The position numbers were made by a program, and so were the translations under genes. The notes beneath the pieces are model-generated. The model was not told the origin of the DNA and ran no database searches. It saw only the letters and a list, made by a program, of their open reading frames with translations. 64,000 nucleotides of DNA from Blasia pusilla (lineage: Eukaryota), in the NCBI GenBank assembly GCA_050084515.1, contig CM114271.1, positions 25,482,001 through 25,546,000 of the forward strand, in the 5' to 3' direction. Below are positions 1 to 13,871 of this stretch, in pieces. Positions within the stretch are counted from its first letter, which is position 1; every line of letters starts with the position of its first letter.

Positions 1-369
1 GTCTAGCACCCAATCTAACAATCCGTCGCCCCTTTTTTGCCACCCGTTTTATAGCCCGCACCATGCATGCAAAGGCTCACATCAAGCTTGCCTGACCCAC
101 ATGATCACTCTAGCTTGCGATAGGCCTTACCCACACGGGCTTAGTGTGGGCCACGCGTAGGCTTGATTTGGGCGTGGCAAGGGCTCATAATCTACATGCA
201 TGTTTGATCCTTGCTTGCACTCGTTCACACGTCCTAAGCTCGCGAGAGCAACTAGGGTACCAAGAAAACCTGGGCAGAGGATTTGTTGGGCATGTCCATC
301 CCATGGAGGGACATGTTTGTTTCAATATGACCTTGCTCCTTTATGAGCACAACAAGACATTGAAGGAAA

Positions 370-1215
370 GCATATTAATTCACCCTAACTCAGCATTTAG
401 GGCCCCTTCCCTTTTCATCTCAAGAAAATATGGCTCCATGCGATGATAAATCATTCAAAAAATACCACTAAGAAAAAATATACATTATCTTTAAAAAAAC
501 CACTTATTCGATGCAATTGCACGATCCAAGTAATTTTCCAAGATCAAACTAAGATAAATTATTACCGAATGTGAATAATAGAAGGTGATGAATACAAGAT
601 TGGAATATGGATAACATTTGGATCCTATGAATTTCTAGTGATACCCTTTGGAGATACCAATGAGCACACTCTTTTATGACCCTCATGAATTCAATCTTTC
701 ACAATTGAAAGATTGAATTCATGTGGATAGGAGATTAGTGACGTTCTTGAATAACTTTCTTATCTATTCGATTATTTGAAAAGAGCACAAAGTTCTCCTC
801 AAAGAAATCTTGGGATGATTGAGGAAGAGCAAGTTGTTCGCCAAGCCTTCTAAGTGTCGCTTCATGATCCAAGAAGTGGAGTTTTTGGGACATATCTAGA
901 CACCTAAAAGGATATACAAGGTTGCACATAGATAAAGTTCATGTCCAAAGACTTATATCCATCCAAGGGACACATATTTTCCACATTCCGCACCCATGTC
1001 CACCCTCATCTTGCATCCTTGCCAACTTGTCCCAACGCCCCGATCCATGTCTTTGCACCTACGCCCCGTCCCTAAACCCTGCCATCCCGCTTCCCCCCTA
1101 CCGTAAGAAGGCGGTAGAGAGCGTTCATCCCTCTACCGCTTTCAAGCACCCCATCCTGCTCCCGTGCCTCATCCTTGTTTAGGCAACCCGAGTGAGGGAT
1201 ATGATGGCATGTCTG

Positions 1216-1289
<74 letters not shown>

Positions 1290-2170
1290 CATAGCCCTGT
1301 GGGTCCCCGTTGGACAATAAATCTATTCATTCATTCATTCTCTCTTCCAAAGCCCTCTCCTTAGTGGCCGATGCATCTGGGTCACCTCCTTGAACCTAAA
1401 CTTGCAATGGTGAGTCAAGAGTCACTTTCAAAAAATAGAAAATCATCTCTCCCAATAAAGGGAACTCACCTGAAATTTTCAGTTCCTAAAATAGGCTCTA
1501 AATAAGCCCAAAAAAAGGGAAAACTTGTACTTGCAGATTTCTCTCCGCATGACACTCCGAGGGAGACCGACGGTCAAATTTTCCCAAACCAAGGGAAGAC
1601 CTCTACTTAAAGGCTATTCTCCGCTCCACTCCAAAAGACATTAGAGGTGAAACCTAGGCATGACAAGCTTGAGGCTATCAAATTGTGGCCAACACCAAGG
1701 AACTTTACTAGGAGGCAATTTTTTTGGGATCTTTAATCTTTTTTCCGAAGGCATATCCAAGACTTTGCCAAGATCACCCAATGACTCTATGATTTGATGC
1801 GGAAAGCGATTATATCCCAATGTTTTGAGGAGTGCCAAGAGGGTTTTGAACAACTAAAGTTTTTATTAGTAATTCCGGAAGTTGGGGTTGCATTCAAAGT
1901 TTGGAACCATGCGTTAAACTTTGCAATTGGGGATTGTTGAACCAATCGGTTCGATTGGTCTATTATGAATCAACCAAATTTGATAAAAATTGACCAACTC
2001 ATAAGAGGGAAAAGTATGTGGTGGTTCATTGCCTTCAGAAGTGGCATGTGTACTTGCTACATAGTACGTGCTTCAAAGTTTATACTCATCACAACTCTTG
2101 CGAATATTTTGCAAGTTAGGACAAGTTATCACCTACTCTATCTGCAAGAGAACTTAGCAACAAGATAAAA
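370..2170 (+). pseudogene. Degenerate Ty3/gypsy pol remnant (RT and RNase H), split by a ~730-bp insertion at ~897-1629
   Basis: Hand translation gives decayed RT motifs (LFDAIARSK*FSKI, GSYEFLVIPFG, FLNNFLIYS for YLDD, KLFAKPSKCRFMIQEVEFLGHI to 896). The protein resumes at ~1630 with KLEAIKLWPTPRN..IQDFAKI..EECQEGFEQLK. Many stops and frameshifts. Confidence 0.85.
1220..1287. repeat. (CT)n microsatellite
   Basis: Perfect CT dinucleotide run. Confidence 0.98.
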
Positions 2171-4104
2171 AACAAAATCGTTCATGAGCCAAAAGAAAAA
2201 GAGACCGGGACAACTTGTCAAAATCTAAAATTTCTTTGTACGGCCCCTACATACACCCTCTTTTTCCTTCCTTTCCATTTGGGTCATCCAACAGTCCTCC
2301 GCATTTACTAATTACTCTCTCTCAAACAAATTTTTTGGCATAACTTTCCACGTTATTTGTATCACAGAACTTTCCGGAATCGAGTAAGTCTCAAATTTTA
2401 CCGTGAAATAATAGTTAAAAAACTACCCGGACGCAACATACTAAAAAGGGGGGGTTTTTACACCCCTATTATCGATTTCTTAAAAATGTAACAACCAATT
2501 GTATTTGTTTGTCGACCTGTTTCACTGCAAACGGTACTCATCTCCCGTACGGAATAGTCTGGTCACCACATGACCACCGAATAAATAAATAAATGACCAC
2601 GAGATATTGATTACCGCGAAACATTCTTAATACCATTCGTTATCAAGACACGGATCATAAGTATCCTCGTCCACAAATCGGCATGAGAAGAAGAAGCACA
2701 GAATTAGGACACCGAAAGCGCTACTTAGCCCCTCCTCTCCTCTCTTAATGGCCCCGAACATCCTCAGGAGTCAGGAGTCAGGACTTGCCTTCCTTCCCGG
2801 AGAAAAGAAATGGGCGTACGGGCGCTCCTCAGCTTTGTCTGTGGCCAAAGCCGACGCCTTTGTTTGTTTATTTATTTTTTCATTTATTTATTGAGCACGA
2901 GCGGTGCTCCTTGGGCTTTATTGCGAGTGTTGGGGACCGTTATTTATGTTTGCCACCGACTGCTTTTCGTAGGTACCGGCCATTTGGGCATTCATGCCAC
3001 GAGTTTCTTAGTTCCCTCACGTGTCGCTTTTCTTGTCGTCTGGTTAGGGCTTTTGCACTCTTTCCACGCCAACTGATGTTTGTCGAGGGCTTTCTCGGCC
3101 ACAAAATTATGTTTTGCATTCTTGGCCCCGAGAGATAGAATGCGACATAGTGTTATGAAAGTTTTTGCACCGGAGTTTTTCTCGGCGATATTTTTTTCTT
3201 TTGCCTTTTCACTCTATTTATATTTAATTCTCTTGTGTCGACATCTGTCAGCGGTGGAAAAGCCCGGAGAGGGTAGGTGTTCTCTCCGTTGATAGTAAAG
3301 ATAGGAAAATTGAAGCAGTGGATGGGTTTAAGAAATGTAAAATGTTGGATGGATGAAATATAAATCTATGTTGTTCATGGGGCTAAGCAATGTAAAATGC
3401 CATATGGATAACTTATCTTTTAAAATTTTTTTCAAGCGTCAAAGTTTTCATTAGAATTTTTGTGATTTAATTATATATGCATATTTCTGCATGAAAAATG
3501 TTTATGTAGTAATTAATTATGAGTCCTAAATGCCGTTAGACTAATTTTATCAATTTTCCAAATTTATCACGCCAAAATTTCTAATGATAGGGAGGTTCTT
3601 TATTTCATTAGTATCCCTCTTGGTAAATGTTAGCCAAAGAAAATGAAAAAAATATTATAAAACTTTTAATAATAATGCCCCCTAGATAGTTGAAGAAAAA
3701 TGGAAAAAAAAACTTGCTTAGCATGATTATTCAAGAAAAATCCTTTGTCATGCTCGTTTTTAAAATTATATCATTTAGTTTTAAAATTGATTATTGATAT
3801 ATGATTTCCAATTTTTTGATTTATATTAATGATGACAACAATACATCTTAACTATGAATTTTTTTTTACAAAATGACTATCCATATATGAGATTGTGAAA
3901 GTAGGATATCACATAACTTAGAACATTTTCACAAAATAATAACAAAAGAAATCAGATGTTTTTTAATCAATTGTCCTATCATTAGTATGGCAACTTTGTT
4001 TTACCCATGTGGTGAATGAAACCTAAATACTTCATACTTCTTTTCCAAAAAATTGGTCATAGACATGGGAACCATGTGTAGAAGCTATCCAATAATTTAA
4101 TGTG

Positions 4105-4396
4105 TGTAAGTGGAGTAGGGTTGAAGGCCACAATGAGGGGCCCGACCTCCTTTTCCAAAGGGGGGGGGGGGGTTATTGGAGAACCCCATAAGTACTAGTA
4201 AGGGGGAAGGTCTCCGAGAGTGTTTGGAATCCAAACCCCACTTTGGGCGCCGCGGGGCGGCTCAAGCGTATGGAACGGAACGCGAGTTTGGGGGTTGGGT
4301 TGGAAAACCTGCACCAAGTCCATTGAGGCGATATTAGACATCCCTCTTGGATTTCACGCCGTGACTCAATTACTTGGGTCTCGATTCGGAACTCAC
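4105..4396 (+). mobile_element. Internal fragment of LTR family A
   Basis: Closely matches the reverse complement of ~60591-60880 (tgtaagtggag...gaactcac). ORFs 4220..4444 and 60460..60768 give near-identical peptides. Confidence 0.9.
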
Positions 4397-5664
4397 AAGG
4401 AGATTGTCCTAAGATGGGAATTTTACAAGACGTCATTTTCATGAGGTCGACCAAATATGAAGATGACTTGTGACATGGCATCTTCCGAAGTGGAGCAACT
4501 CAAATTTGTTGTCATTCTTGATGGGATGATAATAAACCGAATCATCACAACTATACACTTTGGTCCTATGGTTGAAGCTCACATGTTTAGCATGATGTTC
4601 TAACTTCCATGGATGAAATTAAGGATATAAATCTTTTTCCATGCTACTCCAAAGTATGACTTGTGCCTACTATGGGAGGTGCTTTGAGTAGCCCTATTCT
4701 AATACAAGTCCCTTTGATGAGACCGGCAAGATACTTAGATTGTTGAGTAGTGCGAAAACATGAAAATGTGAGAACTACCAAAATGAAAATTTGATAGGAT
4801 AAACCAAATCTATATTATTATTAGAGAGTGCCTTGACTTGCAAACACATAAAAAAAATTTCTCCTTTGCGATAACAATGAAAAAATGTTATGTCCACCAA
4901 TTAGTCCAACTGGTATGAACTATACACCCTCAGATCGTGGGAGCTACCACTACAGAACCTGCTTTTACTCTACAACACCTCATTTTACTGGGATTGACCA
5001 CATGTACATGAAACTCACGAAATAAAATTTTCCAAATATCTGGGAGGAGGCTGGTACAACCACAACACGACCTCTTCATGAGACCCGACGACAATGAAAC
5101 TTGGGGAACTCGCGAGAAAGTGTTCGACTGCCTAACGTGACAACACTTCATGAGGCGGATCAGGGAACGGCGATTGCGTGGGTAGAGGTGTTCAGCGTCC
5201 GTTAGTCATAAATGATGAAGAGTCGCGATCGCGCGTCGAGTGATGTGAAAATTGGAGATGCGCAGCGGATTTTCGAAGAGATCGGAGCGGAGCAAGAGGA
5301 GAGCATCCTCTTGCTCTCCTCTTGACTGACCGACACTGAGAAGACACGGTGAAAGCGCAGGGACGGATCTCATTGAGGGTCGTAGAGGGACAGGAGGAAC
5401 AGGCGATGCTTCATTGCACATCATTGCCGCTCACATGATTTGAATCCTTTAATGTAGAGTACATTGCAGATGATCGAGAGCCGAGTTTCCCGCGACAAAT
5501 ATATTTAGGGGCGATGGTTGCAAAGCGTGTGTGTGTGTGTGTGTGTGGAGGGCACCCCTATCTGCTGTTCAAGGAAGCAAGCCGAATTCGAACTCGGGTG
5601 AGATTTACAATCAAATGTCCGTGTGCTTCGTGAAGATTATTGATGTGTTGAGGAGGTTGAACCA

Positions 5665-8600
5665 TCAGCTCAAGACTCTGGTACCTCCCTCCGATTCTTG
5701 GAGAGCCCACATTCGTGCGTATACTCCTGACTTTCCTAGGAGATCCAGATGTGTGCCCTCCTCGATGATCTTCCCGGCATCCATGACCTACAGGGTTCAC
5801 ACATTACAATAGAGAGGTGTGAGGGCGAGTCCCAAGGCTAATTGGCTCTGCTGTTTCCATGCGCTCCATGTCGCTTTGGAAACGCTCTCTTGCTCATGCG
5901 AAGACAGCCCGCGGCGGACGCGATGGCGCCGGAACTCTAATCGCCATGGCAGACAAGAAGCTCAATCAAACAAATCAACTGCACGCTCTACGTAGAAACA
6001 AAATGCCTCGTTGACCGAGGTCGTAGGCTAACTCACCAGAATTCGATCACAATGCTTGATTGTGCTCAAGCGGTGCGCGATAAACACACAAGTCCGACCC
6101 GCTGCCAATTCCTTCAATGACCTCAATATTGCGGCCTGCAAGGAGTACACTCGCAGAGTATCAAGAAGCTTCTTGTGATATGTGCAGCATGGATACCTAC
6201 CAAAAAAAAACCTCTGCTGCCAAAACGACGTCTTGACTGTATATCCTTAGAATCCTGCTCAACACTCTGAGAAACAACAAACCTAAAGGTTTCATACACT
6301 CGAATCTGCAGCGGGATCCACGACATCACTGGAAGGTGATAGATATATTGATCTACCGATGCAGGGAACGCAAGCTTCACGCGAACACATGTTGGAAAGA
6401 TGTTTCCAAAAGGCATCACAATTGAGACAAGGGGTGATCTCACGAGACTGCGCAGACGCTTCTTGTTGTCTGGTGTTTACCTCTGTACCAGAATCGAGCG
6501 CACTGGTGGCTTCATCACAAATCAGCAAGCGTGGTGACTGCACGTACAACCACAGATTGGGATCGTTGATCCGTCAAGTTCATGTTTCTTGAGGTTTGCA
6601 AATTTTCAAAACATCTCGCGCTTGTTAATGACTGGAATAGCCGCGTCTCCTCAAGATCCGCAGTTGCAAGAATGTGCGTAGACGAGGGCAATGATCTTTT
6701 TTTCCTTTCAAACCAACGAGGAAAAGTTTACTAGATCGTCAACTCCCATCCTTTCGAGCGTCCATTCGGCGTCGCAAGGCAACTAACAGACCTTTCTCGA
6801 CTGCAGTATGAGAAAGAAAAACCAAGTTCATCTCCTACAAGTCACTGAGGGCTCCACCTCAAATGTGCTGGCATTGCAAACAGAAGCACACCTTCAAGAA
6901 AGCCCTCGCTATTGCCACTCGCTGCTTCTCCCCACCGCTCAGCTGCGGAACAAATATTATCCAAATGTTGAGAACATCATAGAACTTGGCCACGCAATGA
7001 GGGTTCGAGTAACTCCAAAGTTTCGACTCTTACGGTACTCTTGAATACCAGAAGGACGGCAATCAAGCGCAGCTCAAAAAATAGAGGCAACTGCCATTTG
7101 TTCATTTTTATCTCTCTTCGATTTCATTCTCTCGAAAAATTTCCTTTCACTCGGGGGAAGAAGAACAGCACACTTTTTCGCATGCACATGCAAGAAAAGG
7201 TCTTAGGGATACACAGTAGAGTAGTACTATGACTAGTGGAGCTCACCTTCAAGCCACGCTCACCAACAACCGTAGCATAACCATCAGGCATTCGCTTCAC
7301 TGCATCGTGAAGACGCTGTCACAGAAAAGCGACGCAGAAAGCACCGAGATGTCAATTCTTCGACCTTTCGCAGGGATTCTTCCCGACAGAAGGAACAGCA
7401 GCCGATTTTACTTCGACGTCATCGACTGTGAATAGAATGTCATAGATTTTTAGTTTTGATTGTATACACACTATTTAACAAGACGAGAATGCCTGTTCAC
7501 CTGCTAGTAGCAACTAATCAAGTAGAGGCCGATCACTTGGCCATAACGTTCCACAAATATCGTGATAACAATTCTACGGTGGGATTTGTTTTGCCTTCTA
7601 GAAAAACTGGTGGAAATGTGCTGACAGATAGTCAACGCACCGCCTGTTTGGAAGCATGATATACTTCTTCCTCTGTTGCACCTGGTCGCCCGTATGCTAC
7701 GTTGTGATAGATAGTGTCATTAAATAACACCTGCATCCCATAAATGGCGAATCAGATGGTGCGATTTTCGCCTACAATGGTCGGGAAAACAACTCTACGA
7801 CATGAAACTGATCATTCTATCCCTCTCAAGGTCAAAGCGATACCGTATCTTGAGGGACGACGGCCACAGTATTCCGCAAAGATACCTGCATCACCAAAAC
7901 ATTTCTATTTTCATTAGTGGGCATCTGAGCAAGCGTCAGAAGATGGTCTTCTGATACTTGAAATTACCCACTCTGACTTGAACTGCCACGATTCCGCTCG
8001 TCACGGAACATGGTGATTCAAATCTCCTTCAAGCATAATGCTTTAAGCATATTAAATGACAGGCAAAAATACTCAAGCACTTGTCAAACTATGTCTTTCC
8101 GCAGATAGACGCTCTGTTATTAAAGTCTCAGCTGTACCAATCGATGTTAGAAGCGGCTGAGTAGCTTGGGAAACACGATTGACAGGTGAAAACGTAGAAA
8201 CGCGTGAGATTGGGTGGCGACATGATTCAGAGGACTAGCTCCGCTTTGTTCGTGTAGTGCGCTGTGTTCTGAGCAGTAGTCTCCGTGGACGTTAGAATCG
8301 CTTCTAGTCTTATTTGGACCCATAAACTTTTGATCACCCCCTCTCATGCTACTGACCACCAGCCAGCCATGATCCTCCAAGCTCAATTTAATGAGGAGGG
8401 GAAGAAGAATCAGAGTAGCAAAAATCATGAAATGAGGAGAAGTAGACCCAAGACCAGTACCTGTGATAAAGAGCGCAGGTCATGGTCGTCAATATAGAGG
8501 CAACCTGAATCTGGATCATACAGGCGCAACAGCAGCTTCACAATTGTGGACTTTCCGGAACCGGATGTTCCAACAATCGCAATGCTCTGCCCTGGACTTG

Positions 8601-11600
8601 CTGAGAAAGACACACCTCCCAAAACCTGGAAAAGAATCTCCCACGCTCAAGATATGATGAACATCAGTTGCATACTCACACGACGTCCTGCCTCTCGCTC
8701 ATGAATTCGTAACAGAAATTCCTTCATGCCAAATGCAAGACCTGATTCTCCGAAGTCGACCCAATTGCGGTTACTTCGAGGAACTTTTTACACGGTTCGC
8801 ACAAAACACAGTTCTGATGAGTATAAACCACTAAATGGTAAGAAAGAGAATCACCTCACGTGCAGGTGTATAACCAAAACGGATATGCTTGACCCAGAGT
8901 TTAACACCCTTAATTGAGGGCTTGAGGGCCAACGTCCCGTCGGCTAGTCGTGGTTTGGTGCTGTCATCGAGCCACACATGAAAACAAAATAGTCAGCAAA
9001 GTGCAACTACTTCGAACACGTAAAATTCGTGCTATCCTTAGTCTTGCAAGCTGAGATGCGTGATGGTAACCCATCGTGAGAAAATAGCTGAATCGACAGA
9101 GTGTAACTTCATCTTTACCTGAGAATACTGAACAAAGATTCCAAATCCACCAGTGACTGCCTCAGATCCCTGTACAGATATCCCAAAAACTGACATCCAT
9201 TCATGAACCCGTCGTCAGTTTTCATGGTACATAACCAGCCATGAGGGAGTGTACTATTGCGAATAAGTTGCTAGAACACTTACCTGCAAAGGTCCAGATA
9301 TTTGGAGAATGAGACCATTAGCAAGAACAAGGTCACCGATCGTCATAGTGCCGCGAGCTACATTCATTCCTGTCAAGGCCATGACAGCAGCCACACCCAA
9401 TGCCAGAATCAGGGCCTGCCCCGCATTCAGTGCTGCCGAGAGTCGCTCTGCATCCAGCTGTTGTCTTTGCGTTAGGTTCAAGTGTTACTGGATCTAACAA
9501 GCGTCTAGAAACCAACTCTCTTCTGTTCAAGTCCCATCTCGTCGTTCAGTTTATGAATGAGCGACTTGGCATCAGCATACATATCCTGGGCTGAAGGAAG
9601 GGCTATTGTGCATACGACTGATCGTTAGAGGGCTCTTGTACCTCTGTTATAATTGATTGGTTCACTGTGGTTGAGGATTTTATCGGGTGAGATCCATGAT
9701 GACAATTAGCTGTGTTCCTAAGGAGGAAACAGGTCGTCCACCTCTCATATAATATCACATACAATGGCCGACTCTGTGTTTCTCAAAACGCAGTACATGT
9801 CACTGAACAATCTTTTACAATTCAGAGACTTATGTTCGTCAGAGAAAATATCAATCTCAAGAACCCAAAGGTACATACCGAAGTCTTCTGATATTTCCGT
9901 AGAAGTTCATTGTACTGAGTGACTTCCAGCTTTTGATTATTAAACTGAAAAAGTCAGACACTCCGGCGTCAGATCCCACAGTTCTAAAAAAAGGACAGCA
10001 GTTTTCATTGCTAAAGCATGAGAAGAGATACCGACCGTGATCGGCATCTCAAACAAACATTGCACAGACATTGGAAGTATTGCAGTGAAAGTAAAAGGCA
10101 AGTAATCGAGGTTAGAACATGGGAAGGTCATGATTCACCCTTGGACTAAAAAACTCAGACAGTTACCATGAACTCCAAACATGAGAAGAAACGTTCAAAT
10201 ATCAAAGGAAAGAGAAAGACCTGCACAACTGTCTCATAATTGAGTAGAGCATCCACAGCTTTCCCAGTGGCCAAGTTCTCCAGCTTATTCACCTGCAAGG
10301 GCGCCGAAAGCTTCTCAGATCTTGAAGCTCGTTCATATGACATTGATGGGCTTCTGTCTACTAGCATATGGGTACGACACATGACAGAAACCCAAATTTC
10401 TAAATCCCACCTCTTTGCGACTGGCTGCAGCAGCTGAAGTGATCACTACTGTGAACGCCACGTACGCCATAAAAGTGATGAAGACAATCCCAGCCACCAG
10501 TCCACTAACTTGCTGAGCCAATAGCAGACATACTAACCCCAGCTCCACCGCCGTTGGTACAAATGTAAACACTACATCCCACCAATCATCCCAAAACAAG
10601 CGATGAGATAGTTCGTTGAGTACACTAAACACAAAGATGGCCGTGACGCTTATAACCACGACTCAATTCCAGCTCCACCATTTGACTCTAGTTTTAAGAC
10701 TTCAGTAAGTACATGGAAGCCCAACGTAAACAGGAGGAGAGGTCCGTTCAAAGTCCGAGTAACCACCCAAAGTGGACTACGCGAGACCGGGGCTCTTTAA
10801 CGTTCACTGCCATCAGGCCCGAATGATTCTACAAAGGACGTAATAAAAACGAGAATAACCAAGACATACAGATCACTATGATATGACTCTTCATCTGTGT
10901 TTTAATTCATCGACAGTGCAACGTCTTGACTGGGCACAATCAGCCCAGATGTCAATGATTTCTCCTTAAAATTGGGACATGAGATTCTAATAAAGATCTG
11001 TCAACGATAGCTGAGCAGAAGTGGTTTGATGTATGAACCTCGTAGGAGATTAGTGGAAGTCATGAGGTCACAGACACCCAATGAAGGAAAAAAGTTGGCA
11101 TCGCCAGAGAATTGTTAAACATAAGAATTCAGAAGCCCAGCTAAGCGAAGCTTTCATTGCGAACAGCGAGACCAGCAAAACAAATTGGTGATCGGGATGT
11201 CATTATATGGCAAAGAAGAAATTGGGTTGCCTTGCTTCAGATGGATTTACGGAATCCGGATTAAGCAGCACAGTTCACAGGATCTGGTACTTGCAGTCGT
11301 GGCCGAACGCATAGCACTTGCTCTGACCAAAATTCACTAAGTCAAAGAAAACTGAGGCCATCAGTTGATTCGTGTACCAACTGCTCGGAAGATATTCACC
11401 ACACTCCGCTGCGCTCGATCGAGAATGCGTGTTAGGGCACCGGTTTTCCGCTCCAGATGAAACGCTAAATCCAGATAGAGAATGTGTTCTAAGAGCTGCA
11501 CACCTACTCGCCTGCCAGTCGATTGACCCAAGGGTGCAAAAACCAGATACCGTAGCTCATTTAGACCTGCACTTACCGCCTGGCGCACGGTATCAACCAG

Positions 11601-12623
11601 TCAATGGCAAATCAGCTCAGCAGCACATTTTCTGGAACCTTTTCATCTTCCCAAACTAGTGGCCTCAATTCGTATGTACAGCTAGCAATCACCTCGGTCC
11701 CCTGGCACTGGATGTTCATGAACTACTCAAAAGTAGTCCAAACGCTCAGATTAGCAATACCTACTTTACTGAGTGCAGCCAGGACAAGTTTGAGAACGGC
11801 AGACTGCATGCTTTGTGAAGAGAAAACTGCTCCAGCGGGCTGTGCAAGAGTGTCCATAGCACGTTTGAAAAATACTGGTCCGACGAGCCCTGCTGCCTGT
11901 TTCAGATTGAGTTAATATCAGCATCGGAGAAGGAGACGAGACCGATCGGAAGGTTCTGACCACGTTTTGCGAAGCGTACTTAAATAATGGGAATCGTTCC
12001 CTCCACAAACTTCGGCACTTATCCTCCCCCCAACCCCAACTCAACCTTGAGCGGGTTTACTTTCTCAATTGTGAGTTTCTCAGAGTCCAGGAAGTAGAAG
12101 CGGTGCAAATTCGATTCTACTTTCCTGCGACCATGCCATTGATCAATTCATAACCTAATGAATCTAGCTAACGTCACAAATTCTACAACGTCTCAATTAG
12201 TCTTCTTCGCTCGTATATTTCCTCAGCAATTACATCCACTACAGGGGCACCCACGTCTTGAACTTGGAGAAGCGATGCTCCCCAGTTTCAGGGCGGGATA
12301 AGTCCAGCAATTCAGAGCACAACCTCGATCGACCTGGCAGCCTTGTTCGGCAATGCATATGCTCCAGCGCTTATAATAAATTTGAACCGAATTGCCATGT
12401 ATCCAATGTACCCTACAGCCGTCTTTGCTCGTATCTGTGCTCACCGAATTACATGCTATTCAAAGTCTCTCAATCCTCCTCACTGTGTAGTTTGTTGATA
12501 CGGCCGCTATGGAAATTGCAAGCATTTGTTCTCGTAAGGTGAACGATCCACCGAATTGTACAATTTGCCATCTACCCTACAGACTTATTTGCCTCACGCA
12601 ATTCCATGCCATTCGAAGTCCCC

Positions 12624-12673
<50 letters not shown>

Positions 12674-13208
12674 ATTCTGTCCCGCTATGAATGCGGAAGA
12701 TTACGAACCTTGCTGACGACCAGCAGAACCAGGGCCACCGCCAAGCGCCAGCTGAGTGTGGCGTCTCCAGCAGCAAGATTCCATACATAAGGCAAAACCT
12801 GTCCCAAGCCAGAATTGGGCCACGTTTCTTCAGTTCAATCGATAACAGGGACGCTTTGAAAAGAGTGAGCATTCTTTGAATTAGGGGAGCAGAGGGAGGT
12901 CTTTGAATTAGGGGAGCAGAGAGAGGACTCACAGTTTTAAGATTCGCATCAGCGGGTGGCTCCGGCAGGACAGAGCGATTTCCTTCAGCATTAGATGGCG
13001 CTTGCACAGCCCGTGCGCGAATCGACAAATGCTGACGTTTGGGGCTGAATTGACGAAGCACAGGCAGACCGAAAGCAGACGAAAGCCAAGGCGGAGCACG
13101 CGGAGAACGAAAATTGGCAATCTGCGGCTTCTGCAAACGCAGCTGCGAAAGAGGCTGCGCCACCAGAAGCCGAGGTTCGCATAGCCTCCTCAGCACGCAG
13201 TGCTGCAT
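5665..13208 (-). CDS. ABC transporter B family half-transporter, ATM/ABCB25-like, ~681 aa, with N-terminal organellar transit peptide
   Basis: 18 GT-AG exons in consistent phase: 13208-12933, 12798-12709, 11896-11765, 11579-11378, 10571-10411, 10292-10221, 9944-9879, 9457-9284, 9189-9119, 8960-8855, 8625-8461, 7885-7844, 7730-7641, 7315-7247, 6942-6892, 6537-6481, 6135-6037, 5787-5665 (2046 nt). Motifs: [21 protein letters not shown], Walker [23 protein letters not shown], signature [14 protein letters not shown], Walker [13 protein letters not shown]-loop IAHRLST. Confidence 0.93.
12627..12671. repeat. (CT)n microsatellite in ABC intron 2
   Basis: Perfect CT run. Confidence 0.98.
12873..12926. 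repeat. 27-bp tandem duplication in ABC intron 1
   Basis: tctttgaattaggggagcagag(g/a)gagg twice, 1 mismatch. Confidence 0.95.
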
Positions 13209-13801
13209 TTCTCCAGAATTTCGCAACACAGGTACAAATGTCTACCCCAATACTCTTCTCATGTGCTTTATTTTACCCATTTCATCGTACTCAAAGCTCC
13301 AACCTCTCCCCTGCCTCCCTCCCACCCTTCCTGGATTCCGCTTTCTTTCTTCTTCACTTACTTATTTCTTCAACTGTAGATCTCTATCTTTCTCTGTCCT
13401 CTTCAACTGCTCATCTCTTCCGTTCTGTCTTCCTCAGCTGCGCACCTAGGTCGTCATCTATATTCTTCACCTGCTAGCATCGTTCGTCCGCAGCTTTTCC
13501 AAGCGCTCTCTGAGTCCTGAGGCGCTAAGTAGAGTACTATCTCTTCGTCCCACATCCCCAGTCCACCTCCAACACCGCTCTGCTCGCTACTCGGCAGTGC
13601 AAATGGTAGAATTCCTCACTCTTCAAGTCTGTACGAGGGAGATCCTGCCTACGATTTCTCGATCAACCGGAAGAATTCCCCAATCCCCACGACACTGATG
13701 CCGTCTACCGTTTCTAGATGCATGCGGGAATGATGACGTTGACATTGGAAGGCTTTGGAGATGTGGAGCTATGATACACACCATTGCTAGGGGAGACGCA
13801 C

Positions 13802-13871
13802 ACTCTGGTGATGAGAGACCGAAGATTCCTTGTCCTACTCTGGTGATGAGAGACCGACACTTCCTTGTCCT
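13802..13871. repeat. 35-bp tandem duplication upstream of the ABC gene
   Basis: actctggtgatgagagaccga(aga/cac)ttccttgtcct twice. Confidence 0.95.

Noticed and set aside
1072-1364. ORFs with ERERER or SLSLSL runs (also the tail of 12594-13229 and 57224-57582)
   Set aside because: Translations of (CT)n microsatellites.
4173-4481. Recurrent short ORFs shared with 20296-20902, 38304-39058 and 60460-61158
   Set aside because: All lie within LTR family A; frames are not consistently conserved across copies, so similarity reflects DNA repetition.
4809-4913. Second mini-Helitron (A|TCTATATTATT...CTGG|T)
   Set aside because: The 5' end fits, but no subterminal hairpin precedes the CTGG.
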